Source: Octopus bimaculoides (lineage: Eukaryota). From it: DNA of 36,136 bases. Location: assembly GCF_001194135.2 (NCBI RefSeq), contig NC_068994.1:50604558-50640693 (forward strand), given 5' to 3'. Below, piece after piece: positions 10,363-22,779 of this stretch. The stretch's first letter is position 1; each line of letters opens with the position of its first letter. The notes below the pieces were generated by a model. It saw only the letters and a program-made list of their open reading frames with translations, made no database searches and had not been told where the DNA came from. Both the position numbers and the translations under genes were made by a program.

Positions 10363-11096
10363 CACGCGCACACGCACACACACTATACACAAACCGATCA
10401 AAGTGATATTTTGAAAAGAAAAAAAAAATAATTTCGTAAGCAAATCGATGTCTTTGTATTTAAAGCTCATTTGTTATGCGATAATTTCGGAATATATTTT
10501 GGAAACACGGAACATTAAAATCGATAGCGTAATTAAGATTCCTCGATTAGGTTGCTAACGGGCATTGAAATATCACCAGACACTTGAAACCAACCAAAAT
10601 TTTTCGACGATGCAGGAAAGAAACAAGAACCACACAAACAAAAAAAAAGTTCTAAGCAAAAACAAAATATAACTGTTTCAAATTAGAGATATATGTTATC
10701 AAAATGCCTTTTTATAAATTATTTATAAATTAACAATTATGCCCATTTATATTCCAAGTTCAAATCTTGCTGAGGTCGATAAAATGAAAAGAACTGATAA
10801 AATTAACCTAATGCAAAATGAATTCTTGTGCCGCTCTATATGCAAGAAAACATCACTATCATCATCATCATCATTATTTTATGGTGACCGTTAAGTGTAA
10901 TACATTAGTTTTAAGATATTCAAATCCAGTATGTAAAAATGCCCACCACTAGAATCAACCATCCCTCGAATAGACGACAAATCAAATACCAAGTAACGAC
11001 GTTGATGTACTTGTTAGCTTTACAACAGGCTTAAGAGAGATAGCAAGAGATATTCAATATTGTTTAAAAGGAAAAAACAAAGACCGACATTAATTA

Positions 11097-11226
11097 TTGC
11101 CTTTCATCTCAACGGGGTCGATAATAAAGTACTAGTCAAGTACCAGAGTCAATGGTGTCGACCAATCCTCTCCCTTCAAAACCGCTGGCATTGTGTCTTA
11201 CTCAGAAACCACCATCATCATTATTT
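11097..11226 (+). mobile_element. Family 2 SINE, 3' half
   Basis: TTGCCTTTCATCTCAACGGGGTCGATAATAAAGTAC...GCTGGCATTGTG matches 12130-12230. Confidence 0.65.
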
Positions 11227-11230
11227 ATAT

Positions 11231-11578
11231 GGCGGCGAGCAGACAGAAATTGTTAAAGCGTCGGAAAAAAAAAAAACAAATGTCACGCGGCATTTCTTCC
11301 GGTTCATTATGTTCTCGAGTTCAAATCCCGCCGAGGTCAGCTTTTTGTCTTACATCCTTTCCGAGTCGATAAAATCAATTATCAATCATGTGCTGGGATA
11401 GAAGGTCATCGACCAACGCGTCCCCTCAAAACTGCTGGCCTTGTTCTCTTGCTTTTACATCCTTTCCAGGCGATAAAATCAATTACCACTCGATTACTGC
11501 AATCGAGGGTAATCGACTAACACCTCCCCCTCAAAACTACTGGCCTAGTTTTTATATAAGAAACTACAATTATTATTA
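11231..11578 (+). mobile_element. tRNA-headed SINE family 2, with tandem duplication of its 3' half
   Basis: GGCGGCGAGC head and GAGTTCAAATCCCG B-box. TACATCCTTTCC...GATAAAATCAATTA...CCCCTCAAAACT(G/A)CTGGCCT occurs twice, followed by a (TTA)n tail. Confidence 0.75.
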
Positions 11579-11692
11579 AAGTTCCGAGTTCATATCTCTC
11601 GGCAGAATATGAACCCGAGCCGATTTAAACAATTATTCGGGTGATCTTGTAATTTCATTAGGAATCATCATCATTGTTATTATTAATAACAA

Positions 11693-12017
11693 TGGCCCAG
11701 TGGTTAGGGCAGCGGTTTCGATTCCCAGACCGGGCGTTGTGAGTGTTTATTGATCGAAAACACTTAAAAGCTCCACGAGGCTCCGGCAGGGGGTGGTGGT
11801 GAACCCTGCTCTACTCTTTCACTCTTTCTTCCTGTTTCTGTTGTACCTGTATTTCAAAGGGTCAGCCTTGTCACACTGTGTCACGCTGAATCTCCCCGAG
11901 AACTACGTTATGGGTACACGTGTCTGTGGAGTGCTCAGCCACTTGCACGTCCATAAAGGCGGTGCTCCAGCATGGCCGCAGTAAAATGACTGAAACAAGT
12001 AAAAGAGTAAAAGAATA
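11693..12017 (+). mobile_element. tRNA-headed SINE family 3 with tail A
   Basis: A-box TGGCCCAGTGG and B-box GGTTTCGATTCC, a distinct body, and a 3' tail GGCGGTGCTCCAGCATGGCCGCAGT...CAAGTAAAAGAGTAAAAG shared with 4804-4858. Confidence 0.7.
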
Positions 12018-12030
12018 TTATCGTTATTAC

Positions 12031-12252
12031 GGCGACAAGTTGGCAGATTCGTTAGCACGCTGGACGAAATGCTTAGCGATATTTCGCCCGTCGCTACGTT
12101 CTGAGGTTCAAATTCCGCCGAAGTCGATTTTGCCTTTCATCCTTTCGGGGTCGATGAAACAAGTACCAGTTGAGTACTGATGTCGATGTAATCGACTAGT
12201 CCCCTCCCCCATATTTCAGGCCTATAGTAGAAAGGATTATTATTATTATTAT
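12031..12252 (+). mobile_element. Family 2 SINE, near full length and CpG-intact
   Basis: TGGCAGATTCGTTAGCACG head, GGTTCAAATTCC B-box (12105-12116), GCCTTTCATCCTTTCGGGGTCGAT body and (TTA)n tail. Confidence 0.85.
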
Positions 12253-12436
12253 GGCGGCGAGCTGGCAGAATGTTTAGCACGCCGGAACAAAATGCTTAGT
12301 GGCGTTTCGTCCGTCTTTCATCCTTTCGGGGACGATAAAATAAGTACCTGTTGAGAACAGAGATCGATGTAATCAACTTACCCCTCCCCGAAATTACTGA
12401 CCTTGTGCCCAATTTTGAAATTCATTATTATTATCA
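12253..12436 (+). mobile_element. Family 2 SINE with internal deletion (B-box region absent)
   Basis: GGCGGCGAGCTGGCAGAAT...GTTTCGTCCGTC is joined directly to TTTCATCCTTTCGGGGACGAT, followed by a TTA tail. A short tail-B fragment follows at ~12440-12485. Confidence 0.8.
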
Positions 12437-12699
12437 TCGTCCAACCCATGCTAACATGGAAGGCGGACGTTAAACGATGATGATATTATTCGCACAGCAA
12501 TTTATTATGTCACCCTTTTACTTAGTTCTCCAAATCCATGTCATATTGCTCCATTTTAGTTATTTCCCTTAGCTCACGATTGGTCTTACAGGTATTTGTC
12601 AGCTGAAAGGAATGATCTCGTGATAATATGTTAAGTACATCAAGTGACAGTATTCTTCTTATCCGTCGATAAAATAACAACAAAGAGATATCGTCTCCC

Positions 12700-12800
12700 G
12701 TCTCCAGCACTTAACTGGTAATTTACTTTATCGAGCTCACAACGATGAAAGATAAAAGTCAGCTCGGGACTAGATTTGTACTTAGAACGTAAAGGGCAGG
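12700..12800 (-). mobile_element. Family 2 SINE fragment
   Basis: CCAGCACTTAACTGGTAATTTACTTTATCGA...GATGAAAG...AAAGTCAGCTCGG...ATTTGTACTTAGAACGTAAAG. Confidence 0.5.
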
Positions 12801-14354
12801 AGAGATCGTTGGTTTTTATAACTTCTAGAATATAAGGCAAATTTAAAGCTTAGCAATGGTTCTGTCAAATTCAAATCTAAAATCAATGCAATTAATAAAG
12901 AAAGGACACATAATGAACCGCAGACGCGCGGCTGTGACCATTAGCGACTACTCCTGCATGACATAACGACCAAACCATCCTCAAATTTGACCTAATTGGG
13001 GCTAACGAACAAGGGTCAATGTTATCAGAAGTGCTTGCGAAGATGTGGCTTCGTCACAACGTGTTTTCGGATTCCCTTTGATTTGTACCTTATTCCTGAT
13101 AATAATTCCTTGCCAAAATCCTATCTTAATGAATTTTTGTAGGACTCACAGAGGATAAAAAACAAGTTTTTATTTCTGTTGATTTTTTTTGATTTTTTTA
13201 CTAGATAATTATGAGGACATTGCAAGTTAGAAGAATAAAACCTTCTCAAAGAGATTTTTGAGAAAGCAGACGATCAACCCTATCCCGCCACGCTGCTGAG
13301 AAACGAATGATAAAGTGTCGGCACATCCATTTGATCTCAAATGAACAGAGGAATCGATACTAGATATCGATCGAACCAGAACATTGTTCAACCATACAAA
13401 TTACAAATAGCTGGTACTGAATTTTTTATCTGCTGGGAAATGAAGAAGTTATGGCTTCAAAGAAAATAAGCCGAAAACTCTGTTTGTTTAAGTAGGGAAA
13501 TTAAGAATCGGGGAATGCTGTGAAATGCTCAATATTCTAAGAAATTTAGTCGAAAAGTCAACCTCAACATATTTATTTTTTATTTTTCCAGGTCAAAATA
13601 CCATACTCGCTACTAAATACATTCCATATATTTCCATGGAAGCAAGCCTAAGAAAATTATTCTATGTGGTTAATAATATGTGTGGATGATTGAAAATACA
13701 ATTTACAAATATTGTTTTTACTTTTAAAAAAAGCTAACTTAACGACCGTAACAGCTGCTGTGTGAAAATATACTACGTACTTTACGAAAATATGAAAAAA
13801 TGAGTTTAAAATACAGAAGGTTGGTGTGGAAAGGAGAGTCAATTGTCGCAACTGAAGGTCTTCACCATCACCGACAGTTGCTCATCAAGTGTTCACTTTT
13901 GGAGGGAAAAAAGAAGGCGGAAGGTAAAATGAGGGTGGAGGCCAGTCAAAATGTTTGAAACAGAAAGAATTCTAAAATTCGGACCTCCTTGTGCTATTAG
14001 CTCATTTTGGTTTGGCCGATAGCAAGTGAACAACCTACTTGAATAATTTTAGGTGCAACCCACGGGACAAGTGGATTTCAAGAATGCACGACACCTGTAT
14101 ATGCGAGTGTGTGTAGGATAGGTTGTGCATAAATGTGCATCGTCCAATCTGTTCGGTCACAGCAAGCACGAATGGCCTAAATTGAAAAGATACTGCATGT
14201 GTGTGTGTATGTGTGTGCGTGTTTAAAATGACGCTATTCCGCTACTACCACCATTCCTGCTAACTATCCAAAGCCAATAAGAAATATATAAACAGATGGT
14301 TGCCTAATCAAATATAAAGAAAACTTCTTGGTGAAACCTTGAGCTATATATCTT

Positions 14355-14385
<31 letters not shown>

Positions 14386-15987
14386 CAGATGAGAGAGATC
14401 AGTTTGAACAATACCATCGTCCTGTGGACATGGCTTGTGTTAACTACTTTCAAAAGATTAAATAAAATTATAATTTTTGGAACAATCAATTTTACATTTA
14501 GAAAGATGTAAATATTGAAAAATTATGTTTCAGTTCTAAAAACAAAAAATAAAATGAGCTGTTATAATCCTTTATCTCATAAGCTGTGTTAGTTTAAATA
14601 TGCGGAGTTGACAGTAGGTGATCTTGTTTAAGAGAAACAAAGACGCAAAAAGGAAAAAAGTATATGTTTCTTTCTCTTCCTGACTGACCTAATTCACTTT
14701 ATAAATGCTGTTTCAAACAGACGATACATAAAAATACGTGACTGCCAAAATTAACATCTACGATAGGTGCTGATAGTAGAGAAAAACTCAACTGAGGCAC
14801 CGGCTGGGGGCAGTGGGAGCACTAACTAAGTACGACTGCACTATAGTTACGAACACGCAATGCAAAGGCTAAGCAAATAGTAAAAAAACTATTTCTCAAT
14901 TTGACAGGAGGCCAAAAGAAGAGCTAATACAGGCATTTGAATGAAAGGTCACCAGCTCATGTGGATGTCTAAAAGTTAAAATCAATGCTGGACAAATTCG
15001 AGCTCGAAGCAGTAAAACTAGTTCCGTCCAAACTCTCAGAGTTCCGGTAAAATTGATGCTAGACTACATACAGAGTATTGAAGAATGGCAGGCAATGCGT
15101 ACTCCGAAGTGGACTTAACCAAACCCTTGCCCTCGACTGGTATTTACTTTAGAGACCCTAGAAAGAGACGAGAATACTGCAATCGCTCTACCAATTGTCA
15201 TCTATCTGCTTCGTACCACAAATTTAGGATAAGGGATTGAAATCGATTAAATCAGAGTACTTGGCTGGTAACTTATTTTATCTATCTGGGATAAGGGACA
15301 AAATAAGAGACTTGAGTGGACCCACCCCCACACTCTGACGTAAAAGTTCTATATGTGCTCCTCCACATCAAAATCTTTTCCGACCAGCAAAAATCTCCAA
15401 GGAAATGACACTCGAGATAATAACAGTCCTTGACATTCCCCCAACCCCCACAAAATAAAAAAATAAAGCCCGGACACTCAAGACTGAAATGCCTTTGATC
15501 GTAGGCCTATACTATCAGACTTGATCCGGGTCTGTACAACCACCACCACGAACCACTTGTGAAACAATGTCGACGCTCACGTAGTCTTTTTATCTCGCTA
15601 CAATTTGAGAAGAAAAACATTAAATGCATTTCTGCTTTGCTTAAATCAACTTATTTTTGTTCAATTTTTATCTCTGCGTCGTCTGGTGCCACATTGTGAA
15701 ATGCAAAATTTTTCATGTGGGAAACAGTAAACGACACGGCAAATGAGAGAAGATCGAAGAGAAATATGAACTATTTCTTGCGCTTACATTTTAAAACAGA
15801 CACCAAATGTTTACATAAGTATTTTTTCTCAGTACACTATCTATTTGAGCGTGCTTTTTATATAGAACTTATACATAGGTCATAGACACACATACACGAG
15901 CTGCATAATAAACTTCCTACATAGGACACAAGTGTATCTTCAAATTCAAAGTAATAATAGTGTGTGTGTGTGAATATATGTGTGTAT

Positions 15988-16018
<31 letters not shown>

Positions 16019-17749
16019 CAGATATAGGGCAGGGAATTGTCAATTAGTAATAAAATTAATAATTAACAATTTTGCCGAGTAGTTCAGTATGAAAAAACCT
16101 TTATCGGTAAAACCATTTATAATCCTAAATATACAGGGATTAGCATGAGTTGCTTCTCCAACGTCGTACCCAATTAACTAAAGGCAGGTTTGTTTTTGCT
16201 TTTCTCTTCTGTTTTTTGTTCTGTGTGTGCCATAAATATCGCCATCCGTTAGAGAAAAAAATTGTAGTTTGGAATCAGTAGTTCTTTGACTGCTATTTCT
16301 GAATTCTCAGTATGTTGGAGAAGCAACTCATCCGCTAATCCCTGTATATTTATGATATATATATATATATATATATATATACACCTATATAAACACGTGT
16401 TTGTATTAAGATACCAAGAAAACAGTTTAGCTGGCAATTTCTTTCAAGTCGTATCAAAACCATTTATACAACCAGCACAAGATGAGGCTAAAGAGAGAAA
16501 ATAAAATCAAAAGAAAGGGGGGAAAAACGGTCCCAAAAACTCATTCACACTATAGCATTATTATTATTATTATTATCATTACACACTAATGCACACACGT
16601 GTATCTTTCCAAGTATTAATAAATTTATATACGATCTGTATCTCCGGTCTCAAACACCGCCCTTTTTTCAAGTGCAGACAACGCAACACAAGGAAAGAAA
16701 AGAGAACAGAGAGAGAGCCACGGTTAGAAATGCCCTACTTTAAATAGATTAACGCGCACACACACACAGAAGGGCGCGGGCACCTACCTTACCTATTACC
16801 CCGCTCAGACTGACTGCATGTCTCTATTTCTCCTCCTCCTCCTCTCCAAGCACTTACACGAACACAGAGGTATATTAATTACTGTGTTATATGTGTGAAA
16901 CAGTAAAAAAGAAGGTAGTCAGTCAATGATCGACAACATAGCAACAAAAAACTTGCAATTTATGCATGCACACACACACACACACCAATATATATATATA
17001 TATGTGTGTATTTTGCAAAAATAGATTTCAAGGAAAACGAAGGATGATGCCCGACGATAACCGAGAAAGCGTTAACGATTAAACATTACTTGCATGATAT
17101 CGCACAGAATAGATATCACACACACACACACACGTACGTACGGAGTTCTCAAATGAGTTTGAAGTACTCAATACACGTAATAGAGTATTCATTCGCAGTT
17201 GGCAATAACTTAGAATGATTCGATACTCGCTTTCAAAAAATTGGGGGGGGGGGGGTGTTTTTCGCTCAGAAACACAAATATACGCACACACAAACATTAT
17301 GTAGATATAAACCAAAACATTACACATACACAGACATTACATGCTACATATTACACACGTACACATTCCACATAACTACACACTAGTTTCCCACACACAG
17401 GCATTACATGTGTGCTTACTGTACATCAAAAACACAATACTCAATAAATACACCCGGCTTGCTGCATGTATGTGCATTGTTCGTGTCTGTTTTAAACCTG
17501 ATTTCAAACCCGTAACTAAAACGTTTCGTGCAAAGCAGTCCTGTTTGGCGAGCTGACTGTATCACACAAACAACCATAATTCGAAATGATTACGGTTTTT
17601 AAGTAACACTGACATTGAACAGAGAATTATGGACTTAAAAAAGAAGAAAGAATCAGCTATTAATACACAGTTAACACACGCACTAACACATAGGTAATAC
17701 ATATATATGTGTGTGTACGTGTAGGTAGATAGATAGATAGTGATGATAG

Positions 17750-17796
<47 letters not shown>

Positions 17797-17962
17797 TAGA
17801 TAGATAGATAGATACATTTACAATACTCTCAGTGTATTTAAATGTTTGGTTGGTTGGCACTTACAAATATCAAATACAATAGATTTTAATTTTTTACTAA
17901 CGTTTATTTCATATATACACAAAATTTCCTTCTCCACTAAGTACACAGCAACACGTACATAC

Positions 17963-18232
17963 ACACACATAAAATACATATGCATACGTAAAACACATGT
18001 ATATGCTTACATAAAACACATATATATGCCTATATAAAACACATACATATATATATATGCCTATATAAAACACACATATGCACATATAAAACATATATAT
18101 ACATGCATATATAAAACACATACATATATATGCCTATATAAAACACATACATATATATGCCTATATAAAACACATACATATATATGCCTATATAAAACAC
18201 ATACATATATATATGCATATATAAAACACACA
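17963..18232. repeat. Minisatellite with a ~22-30 bp unit, consensus CACATACATATATATGCCTATATAAAA, about 10 copies
   Basis: Visible directly. Three near-identical central units at ~18117-18196. Confidence 0.9.
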
Positions 18233-18892
18233 CGCTCATATATCTTATAACACAAGAAAAAAATTTCTAAAACTCAGTAACCTCGACCAACTAAACTAAA
18301 GCAAAACATAATATATATCTTATAGCAAATAAGATTGGGAAATGCGGTAGTTAGGGAAAAACAAAACATCAACAACAACAACAAAACAAAATGAATTCCA
18401 CGTTTGAAAAATCTGCAAAAATTTAAGAAGTGGGAGTGAAGAAGAAGAAATGGCGACAAGCGATGGCAGCAGTGGCGGTGGGTGAGAGGATAGATAGGTT
18501 TTAATAGAATAGACGGCGAATAATGGGCTCCATTTTTACCATTTGAGCTGCTTTGTGAACGAAATGGAGGAAGACCAAAAAGTAAAGCGAACTGTGATAG
18601 AATAAGGCGACAAAAACTGACTGACTGACTATGAAAGAGGAACAAGGAAGGGGTCTTTTACAAACAGAGAATAGAAAATTTGGGGTGTGTGAAAAGACTT
18701 AGAGCTTGCAACCCCTGTTGCCCTTTTTCTATTTACAGAAACATCAACGTAAACACACTCATTTTTATATGAGATAAGGATAGATACACACACACACATA
18801 TATGTATGTATAACAGAGAGGAAAAGATGTGTAGATATGGAAACCGAATTCTCTTATACCAGTGTATTTAACATAATAAACACAAAGCTATA

Positions 18893-18935
<43 letters not shown>

Positions 18936-19123
18936 ATAGATAGATAGATATACAGACACAGTATAAGATGAGACATGCATATATACGCACACACGATATA
19001 GGACAGAAAGGGATGAAAGTGCGTATGTGTATAAACAGGGTTCTCGCAATCTGCGGTTAATAACGAAATAAATATGATAAACACACTAAGTTTTCTTATA
19101 CATACACACACATACATATATCT

Positions 19124-19162
<39 letters not shown>

Positions 19163-19890
19163 GAGTTTTCTGGTTGTATATACATGTGTTAATGTATATT
19201 ATGCACACATTCAGAATTCTTCCGTTTGGAGTGTGTGTATAAAACACGAGCGTTTATATATAAGAGTGTGTGTGTGTGTGTGTGTGTGTACTAAGGTATG
19301 ACTATAATAGTTGGTTTGCTTAAAGCAGATGGAGGACGAGGTGGTGATGGTGGTGGCAGAGACGAGTTCGGGGAAGAAAGAAAACAACTCCGACGCTCTC
19401 CAACACAACAAATCGATTTTCAACCAAATAAAAACCAAACTACAAATACTCCACTAGCAAACATGAATCCCAATCCCAAAAGTACGGTAAGCGAACAGAA
19501 ACAAACGACCGACTAAACAACCAGGGCATTCATTCTTCTTCCATAAAAACCATCACAAGTAAATTAAATCATCATCATTATTAATTAGTATTTTGAGGGA
19601 ATATCCGAGTCGCCCAGATGCCGGGTACTCCCTAACAAAACAACAAGCACCCTCAACCTACTTATTTATTTATTATCTACCAATAAAACAAGACCACAAC
19701 AAATACTATTCTTCTTCGAATACCACACCATTAATCGTCTTCAAGAACGAAATAAACAAATAATAATAATAATAATAATAATAATAGAAATCTATGCATT
19801 GTACATTGCAGATAGTAAACATGGACATACGGAAAAGACGAAACGATCACGACTGGATACACTTTTGATTGTGTGTGTGTGTGTATGTAT

Positions 19891-19936
<46 letters not shown>

Positions 19937-20000
19937 TGGTCAAGGGGCCCACAGTTTGAGTGCTGACCTGGGGCGAAACAACAAGCAAACACCCACACAC

Positions 20001-20035
<35 letters not shown>

Positions 20036-20189
20036 TTATATATGTATCATATATATATATATATATATGTGCATTGTTTTACTGCCTGGAATTACACAAG
20101 CTTGTCCGACCATTGTATTTTCAGAGACATTAAACTAATAGTAGCTCGCATTTAAATCGTGTGTAAATTAAATATTATATATATACATT

Positions 20190-20475
20190 ATATGAATATA
20201 TACTCATGCATATATATACACACATATGCATACATACATACACATAAATATACATACATATACATACACACATATATATACATACACACAGATATACATA
20301 CACATATATATATACATACACACACACATACATATACACACACGTACATACATATACACACATATATATATACATACACACATATATATACATACACACA
20401 TATATATACACACATATATATACACATATACATATACACACATATATATACACACATATATATACACATATACAG

Positions 20476-20539
<64 letters not shown>

Positions 20540-20570
20540 TCATATATATATATATATATACACACACGCG
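20190..20570. repeat. Long compound (TA)n/(CA)n low-complexity tract
   Basis: Visible directly. It is the source of the long YIHT-type pseudo-ORFs in the track. Confidence 0.95.
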
Positions 20571-21565
20571 CAATATTGATAAGCCACCAGAAGGAAGTGA
20601 AAACGAGCGTTTCAACTACATACGAAGGAGAGAAAAAGGCGAGTTATATATTATCACAATATAAAATGTTTAAATGTGTAAGAAGAATGCGGAGGTTAAG
20701 AGAGTTTTGTTGGTGGCTGCCAGGGCGAACATAGAGGGAAGGAGGAGAAGAAGAAATCATTGTTGTTGTTGTTGTTATCGTCACGATGATGATGATGATC
20801 ATCATCAACTTTTAGTCATCGTTATTATTTATCATCGTCGAGTTGACTGTCGAAACAAAAACAAAAGAAAAGAATAAAGAAATAAAAGATGGATTATATA
20901 TTGCTTCTTTGACTTACTGAATACAATAGAATGCATATGTCGCCGGGGGAATTAATAGTCCACGATGAAGAAGAAGAGAGAGACGGAGAGATAGAGAGAA
21001 ACAAGGGAGGGGGAGGAGGAAAAAAAGACGTCGGAAGGAAGAAGAGGGGGAGAATACAGGAACTACGTCTCTCACACTCCTTTGTTTACCTCTCTCTCTC
21101 TTACCTCTCACCACTCTCTCACGCACAAGCTAGCCTCTCTTCACTCACACACACACATGTACATTTACATACATAGCACTCCTCACTATCACTCGTAGTC
21201 TTCCCTCCCTTCCTTTCTATCTCTCTCTTTCTATTGCCACCTCTATCCTTGAACGTCCCCCTCTCTCTCTTATAGAGCAGTCCCCCCTCATCCCATCTCT
21301 CACTACATATTAATCCAGTGCTCTTTTCTTTCACTCACACACACAATTCCTACCATTTCCCTTATTCCTGCTTCATCCCAACTTTCTCCACTACATCTAA
21401 CAACTACTTCTCTCTCTTGCTATCTCTTTCTGTTTTTCTCTTTCTTTCCTCACACCGTGCCCCACCATCATCTATCGCTTTATATCATCAGTCAGCGAGA
21501 TCTGGTTGGCATAAAGGGAATTTTAAAAACTGAACGAACAAAACATCAGCTACACTAGTGTGTGT

Positions 21566-21608
<43 letters not shown>

Positions 21609-21870
21609 GCACACACAATATATATAATACAATGGTGGTGGTGGTGGTGGCGGCGGCGAAGGCGGTTGTGCTAGTGGTAGCAGCAATGGTGGATCGATTG
21701 ACCGAGAAGAAAGACAAGCTACGCGGCAACAAAGAATTCATTAACAGCCAAAAACCAGCTCAAATCAGAAAGGAGGTAAAAAGAGGGATAAGAGAATAAG
21801 AAGAGATAGCAAAACAAAAAAATTTCTAAATAAATATGGCCAACGAATCTCTACGCGTTCTCTTAATCTG

Positions 21871-22135
21871 CTAGTGATAGCAGCCAGATCTTCCTCAAAT
21901 TATATTCTCCAGTCTTACAAAAAACGGAGTGGATGGGGGGGNNNNNNNNNNNNNNNGGGGGGGGGGGGAGACACGCTAATGTAATCCTAGATAAATTAAA
22001 TCCAAGTAAAGGATACTAGAAATAGTAGCTAAATCTTCCTTAATTATATTCTCAGGTCTTAAATAAAAAAAAAAGTGGAGAAGGAACACTAATAATGTAA
22101 TCCCAGATAAATTAAATCTATGTAAAGAACTAAAT
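21871..22135 (+). repeat. Two tandem ~120-145 bp copies of dispersed repeat family 4
   Basis: The units share CTAG(TG/AA)ATAG(C/T)AGC(C/T)A(G/A)ATCTTCCT..AATTATATTCTC...GTCTTA...TAATGTAATCC(T/C)AGATAAATTAAATC. The first unit spans a poly-G/N gap. Confidence 0.7.
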
Positions 22136-22530
22136 GGCCACAGCTGAACTACCTCTTAAGTTCAAAGGTAAAATCTGCTCGGTCAGACCTGACCAAGTTC
22201 AGTGATGAATATAGAATAAAGTAGTTATAGAAACTCTGTGTGTCCAAACATTATCATTTGACCTTTCACCATCAGGTATCCATCAACGAGTTATTAGAAA
22301 CCATATAGTTTTTATAAAGTGCAAAAGAATAGAGAGGCTTACAGAATAGAGAGGCCTTTTATGCTTTATGATTATTTTCTTTCCTCCCATCAAAGCCAGT
22401 AATGCAAGTATAGTTATCTAAATCGGAGCCGAAGACCGTTTACTAAGAGGAAAATTTATTCATTTACGAGGTATTGTAAATAATACGGAATGATTTCTGA
22501 TACATTACAATACATTACACAAAAGTCACA

Positions 22531-22740
22531 AATTTGGGGCGAGGGGCAGTCGATTATATATCGATATTAGTGCATGATTGCAGCTAACTTTATCGATCCC
22601 TCTGCTGAGACGCATCAAAACATAGTAAAATAAAATAGAAAAATGTCGACTCGAGGGAATGTAAAATTGGAAAATGGAGAATACATATAGAGCAAATACT
22701 GTATCAAACATTTACTAGGGTTTCTGTCAAGGCCACCGCC
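22531..22740 (-). mobile_element. Family 2 SINE, diverged
   Basis: GTCGATTATATATCGA, TTTATCGATCCC and AAATGTCGACTCG, ending GGCCACCGCC, which is the reverse complement of the GGCGG head. Confidence 0.6.
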
Positions 22741-22779
22741 ATAGTGTTATTAATAATAAGACCTGTTATTTGTAATACA

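Noticed and set aside
12031-12120. tRNA-gene-like A/B boxes (also at 4484 and 11693)
   Set aside because: No cloverleaf is evident and the boxes continue into SINE bodies, so these are SINE heads rather than tRNA genes.
11060-12180. ORFs 11060-11401, 11388-11579, 11793-11984 and 11920-12180
   Set aside because: They run through SINE sequence.
12522-12710. 62-aa - strand ORF with a protein-like C-terminal half
   Set aside because: Starts inside a SINE fragment and has no convincing acceptor or homology cue.
13592-13690. Strong + strand acceptor (tttttatttttccag) followed by a ~31-codon open frame
   Set aside because: No good donor and no linked exons. Expected by chance in T-rich DNA.
14890-15100. 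Possible CR1/L2 RT C-terminal remnant (LDKFELEAVKLVPSK, compare LExVQRRATKLVP)
   Set aside because: The similarity is too short and degenerate to support without a profile search.
17963-18232. CRISPR-like regular repeat
   Set aside because: No unique spacers, no cas genes, and a eukaryotic context. It is a minisatellite.
18274-18645. 123-aa - strand ORF
   Set aside because: Phe/Leu/Ser-rich mirror of purine-rich low-complexity DNA, with no domain or splice support.
20159-20734. Longest ORF in the track (191 aa) and the overlapping 90-146 aa ORFs
   Set aside because: Translations of (TA)n/(CA)n repeats, which contain no stop codons. The same applies to ORFs at 1335-1681, 9532-9891, 17909-18255, 29130-29679 and 34553-34903.
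21622-21776. GGT/GGC-rich stretch with an ATG and a GAG|gtaaaa donor
   Set aside because: Trinucleotide low complexity, no acceptor or partner exon, and the alternative Gly-rich frame ends in a stop.
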